From contig NC_083437.1 in the NCBI RefSeq assembly GCF_020745735.1, forward strand, positions 24,552,001-24,616,000: 64,000 nt of DNA. The letters are read 5' to 3'. The position numbers and the translations under genes are program-made. This document shows positions 62,095 to 64,000 of this stretch, piece by piece; the first letter of the stretch is position 1; every line of letters starts with the position of its first letter. Below the pieces are notes generated by a model that saw only the letters and a list, made by a program, of their open reading frames with translations, had not been told where the DNA came from and searched no databases. The DNA comes from Hemiscyllium ocellatum (lineage: Eukaryota).

Positions 62095-64000
62095 CTTGAG
62101 ATGATGGGCAGGCAGTGAGGAGTGACACACTGAGCTCCCAACAGGAGATGATGGGTAGGCAGTGGGGAGTGACCTTCTCATTCCCAGTAGGAGGTGATGG
62201 GTAGGCAATGGGGAGTCACTCTCTCATTCCCACTAGGAGATGGCAAGTAGACAGTGGGGAGTGACTCTCTAATTCCCACTAGGAGATGATGGGTAGGCAG
62301 TGGGGGTGAGACTCCCTCATTCCCAGTGAGAAGTGACTGATAGGCAGTGGGGAGTGAGGCTCTCTCATTCCCAGTAGGAGGTGACGGTAGACAGTGGGGA
62401 GTGAGTCTGTCTCGTTCACAGTAGGAGGTGACGGTAGGCAGTGGGGAGTGACTCTCTCATTCCCACTAGGAGATGATGTGTAAGCAGTGGTGAGTGAGAC
62501 TCTCTCATTCCCACTAGGAGATGGCAGGTAGGCAGTATTGAGTGAGACTCTCTCATTCCCACTAGGAGATGACCGGTAAGCAGGGGGTAGTGACTCCCTC
62601 ATTCCCACTAGGAGATGATGGGCAAGCATTGGGAAGTGAATCTCTCATTCCCACTAGGAGATGACCGGTAGGCAGTGGGGAGTGAGACTCTCTCATTCCC
62701 ACTAGGAGATGACCGGTAAGCAGTGTGGAGTGACTCTCATTCCCACTAGGAAATGATGGGCAAGCATTGGGAAGTGAATCTCTCATTCCCACTAGGAGAT
62801 GACAGGTAGGCAGTGGTGAGTGACTCTCTCATTCCCACTAGGAGATGACAGGTAGGCAGTGGTGAGTGACTCTCTCATTCCCACTAGGAGATGACCGGTA
62901 AGCAGTGTGGAGTGACTCTCATTCCCACTAGGAAATGATGGGCAAGCATTGGGAAGTGAATCTCTCATTCCCACTAGGAGATGACAGGTAAGCAGTGGTG
63001 AGTGACTCTCTCATTCCCACTAGGAGATGATGGGTAGGCAGTGGGGAGTGAGACTCCCTCATATCCCAGTAAGAGTGACAGATAGGCAGTGGGGAGTGAG
63101 GCTCTCTCATTCCCAGTAGGAGGTGACGGTAGGCAGTGGGGAGTGAGGCTGTCTCGTTCACAGTAGGAAGTGACGGTAGGCAGTGGGGAGTGACTCTCTC
63201 ATTCCCACTAGGAGATGATGTGTAAGCAGTGGTGAGTGAGACTTTCTCATTCCCACTAGGAGATGACCGGTAAGCAGTGGGGAGTGACTCCCTCATTCCC
63301 ACTAGGAGATGATGAGCAAGCATTGGGGAGTGAATCTCTCATTCCCATTAGGAGATGATAGGTAGGCAATGGTGAATGACTCTCCCATTCCCACTAGGAG
63401 ATGACCAGTAAGCAGTGGGGAGTGACTCTCATGCCCACTAGGAGATGACGGCCAAGCATTGGGGAGTGAGGCTCTCATTTCCAGTAAGAGGTAAGGGGTA
63501 GGCAGTGGGGAGCGACTCTCTCATTCCCACTAGGAGATGGCGGGTAGGCAGTGGGGAGTGAGACTCTCTCATTCCCAGTAAGCGGTGATAGGTAGGCAGT
63601 GGTGAGTAACTCTCTCATTCCCACTAGGAGATGACCGGTAAGCAGTGTGGAGTGACTCTCATTCCCACTAGGAGATGATGGGCAAGCATTGGGAAGTGAA
63701 TCTCTCATTCCCACTAGGAGATGATGGGTAGGCAGTGGGGAGTGAGACTCCCTCATTCCCAGTAAGAGGTGACAGATAGGCAGTGGGGAGTGAGGCGCTC
63801 TCATTCCCAGTAGGAGGTGACGGGTAGGCAGTGGTGAGTGAGACTCCCTCATTCCCACTAGGTGATGACAAGCAGGCAGTGGGGAGTGACTCCCTCATTC
63901 CCACTAGGAGATGATGAGCAAGCATTGGGGAGTGAATCTCTCATTCCCATTAGGAGATGATAGGTAGGCAATGGTGAGTGACTCTCCCATTCCCACTAGG
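62095..64000 (+). repeat. Tandem satellite, 44-48 bp unit, runs off the window end
   Basis: Unit approximately CTCTCTCATTCCCACTAGGAGATGATGGGTAGGCAGTGGGGAGTGA(GA), about 40 copies, decaying toward the left edge. Confidence 0.95.

Noticed and set aside
62095-64000. CRISPR-like array (palindromic repeats with linkers) and its repetitive ORFs
   Set aside because: The linkers are variants of one sequence, not unique spacers. The context is vertebrate with no cas genes. The ORFs are by-products of the repeat.
1-64000. The many 60-130 aa ORFs in the track as genes
   Set aside because: They are translations of SINE, LINE or PLE sequence, or chance frames. Only the two spliced ACAP3 exons look like host coding sequence.

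Overview
Eukaryotic DNA, almost certainly from a shark. This is inferred from HE1/V-SINEs, HER1-like CR1 LINEs and DeuSINE relics; a carpet shark is plausible but not provable here. The whole window reads as the inside of one + strand gene, ACAP3 (ArfGAP with coiled-coil/BAR, ankyrin and PH domains 3). Only two of its coding exons are visible (31172-31291, 35849-35902), surrounded by very long repeat-filled introns. The repeats include a 3.8-kb CR1 LINE, many CR1, L2 and Zenon-like LINE fragments, several SINE families, a solo LTR, three coding remnants of Penelope-like elements (PLEs) and a terminal 44-48 bp hairpin satellite. The most interesting signal is a dispersed set of about a dozen short (90-240 bp) PLE-derived inserts from at least four sequence families. 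They carry minimal hammerhead-ribozyme cores, often fold back on themselves, are mostly flanked by 9-17 bp target-site duplications (TSDs), and tend to break or invert right at the ribozyme. All family names come from motif recognition and memory, not database searches.
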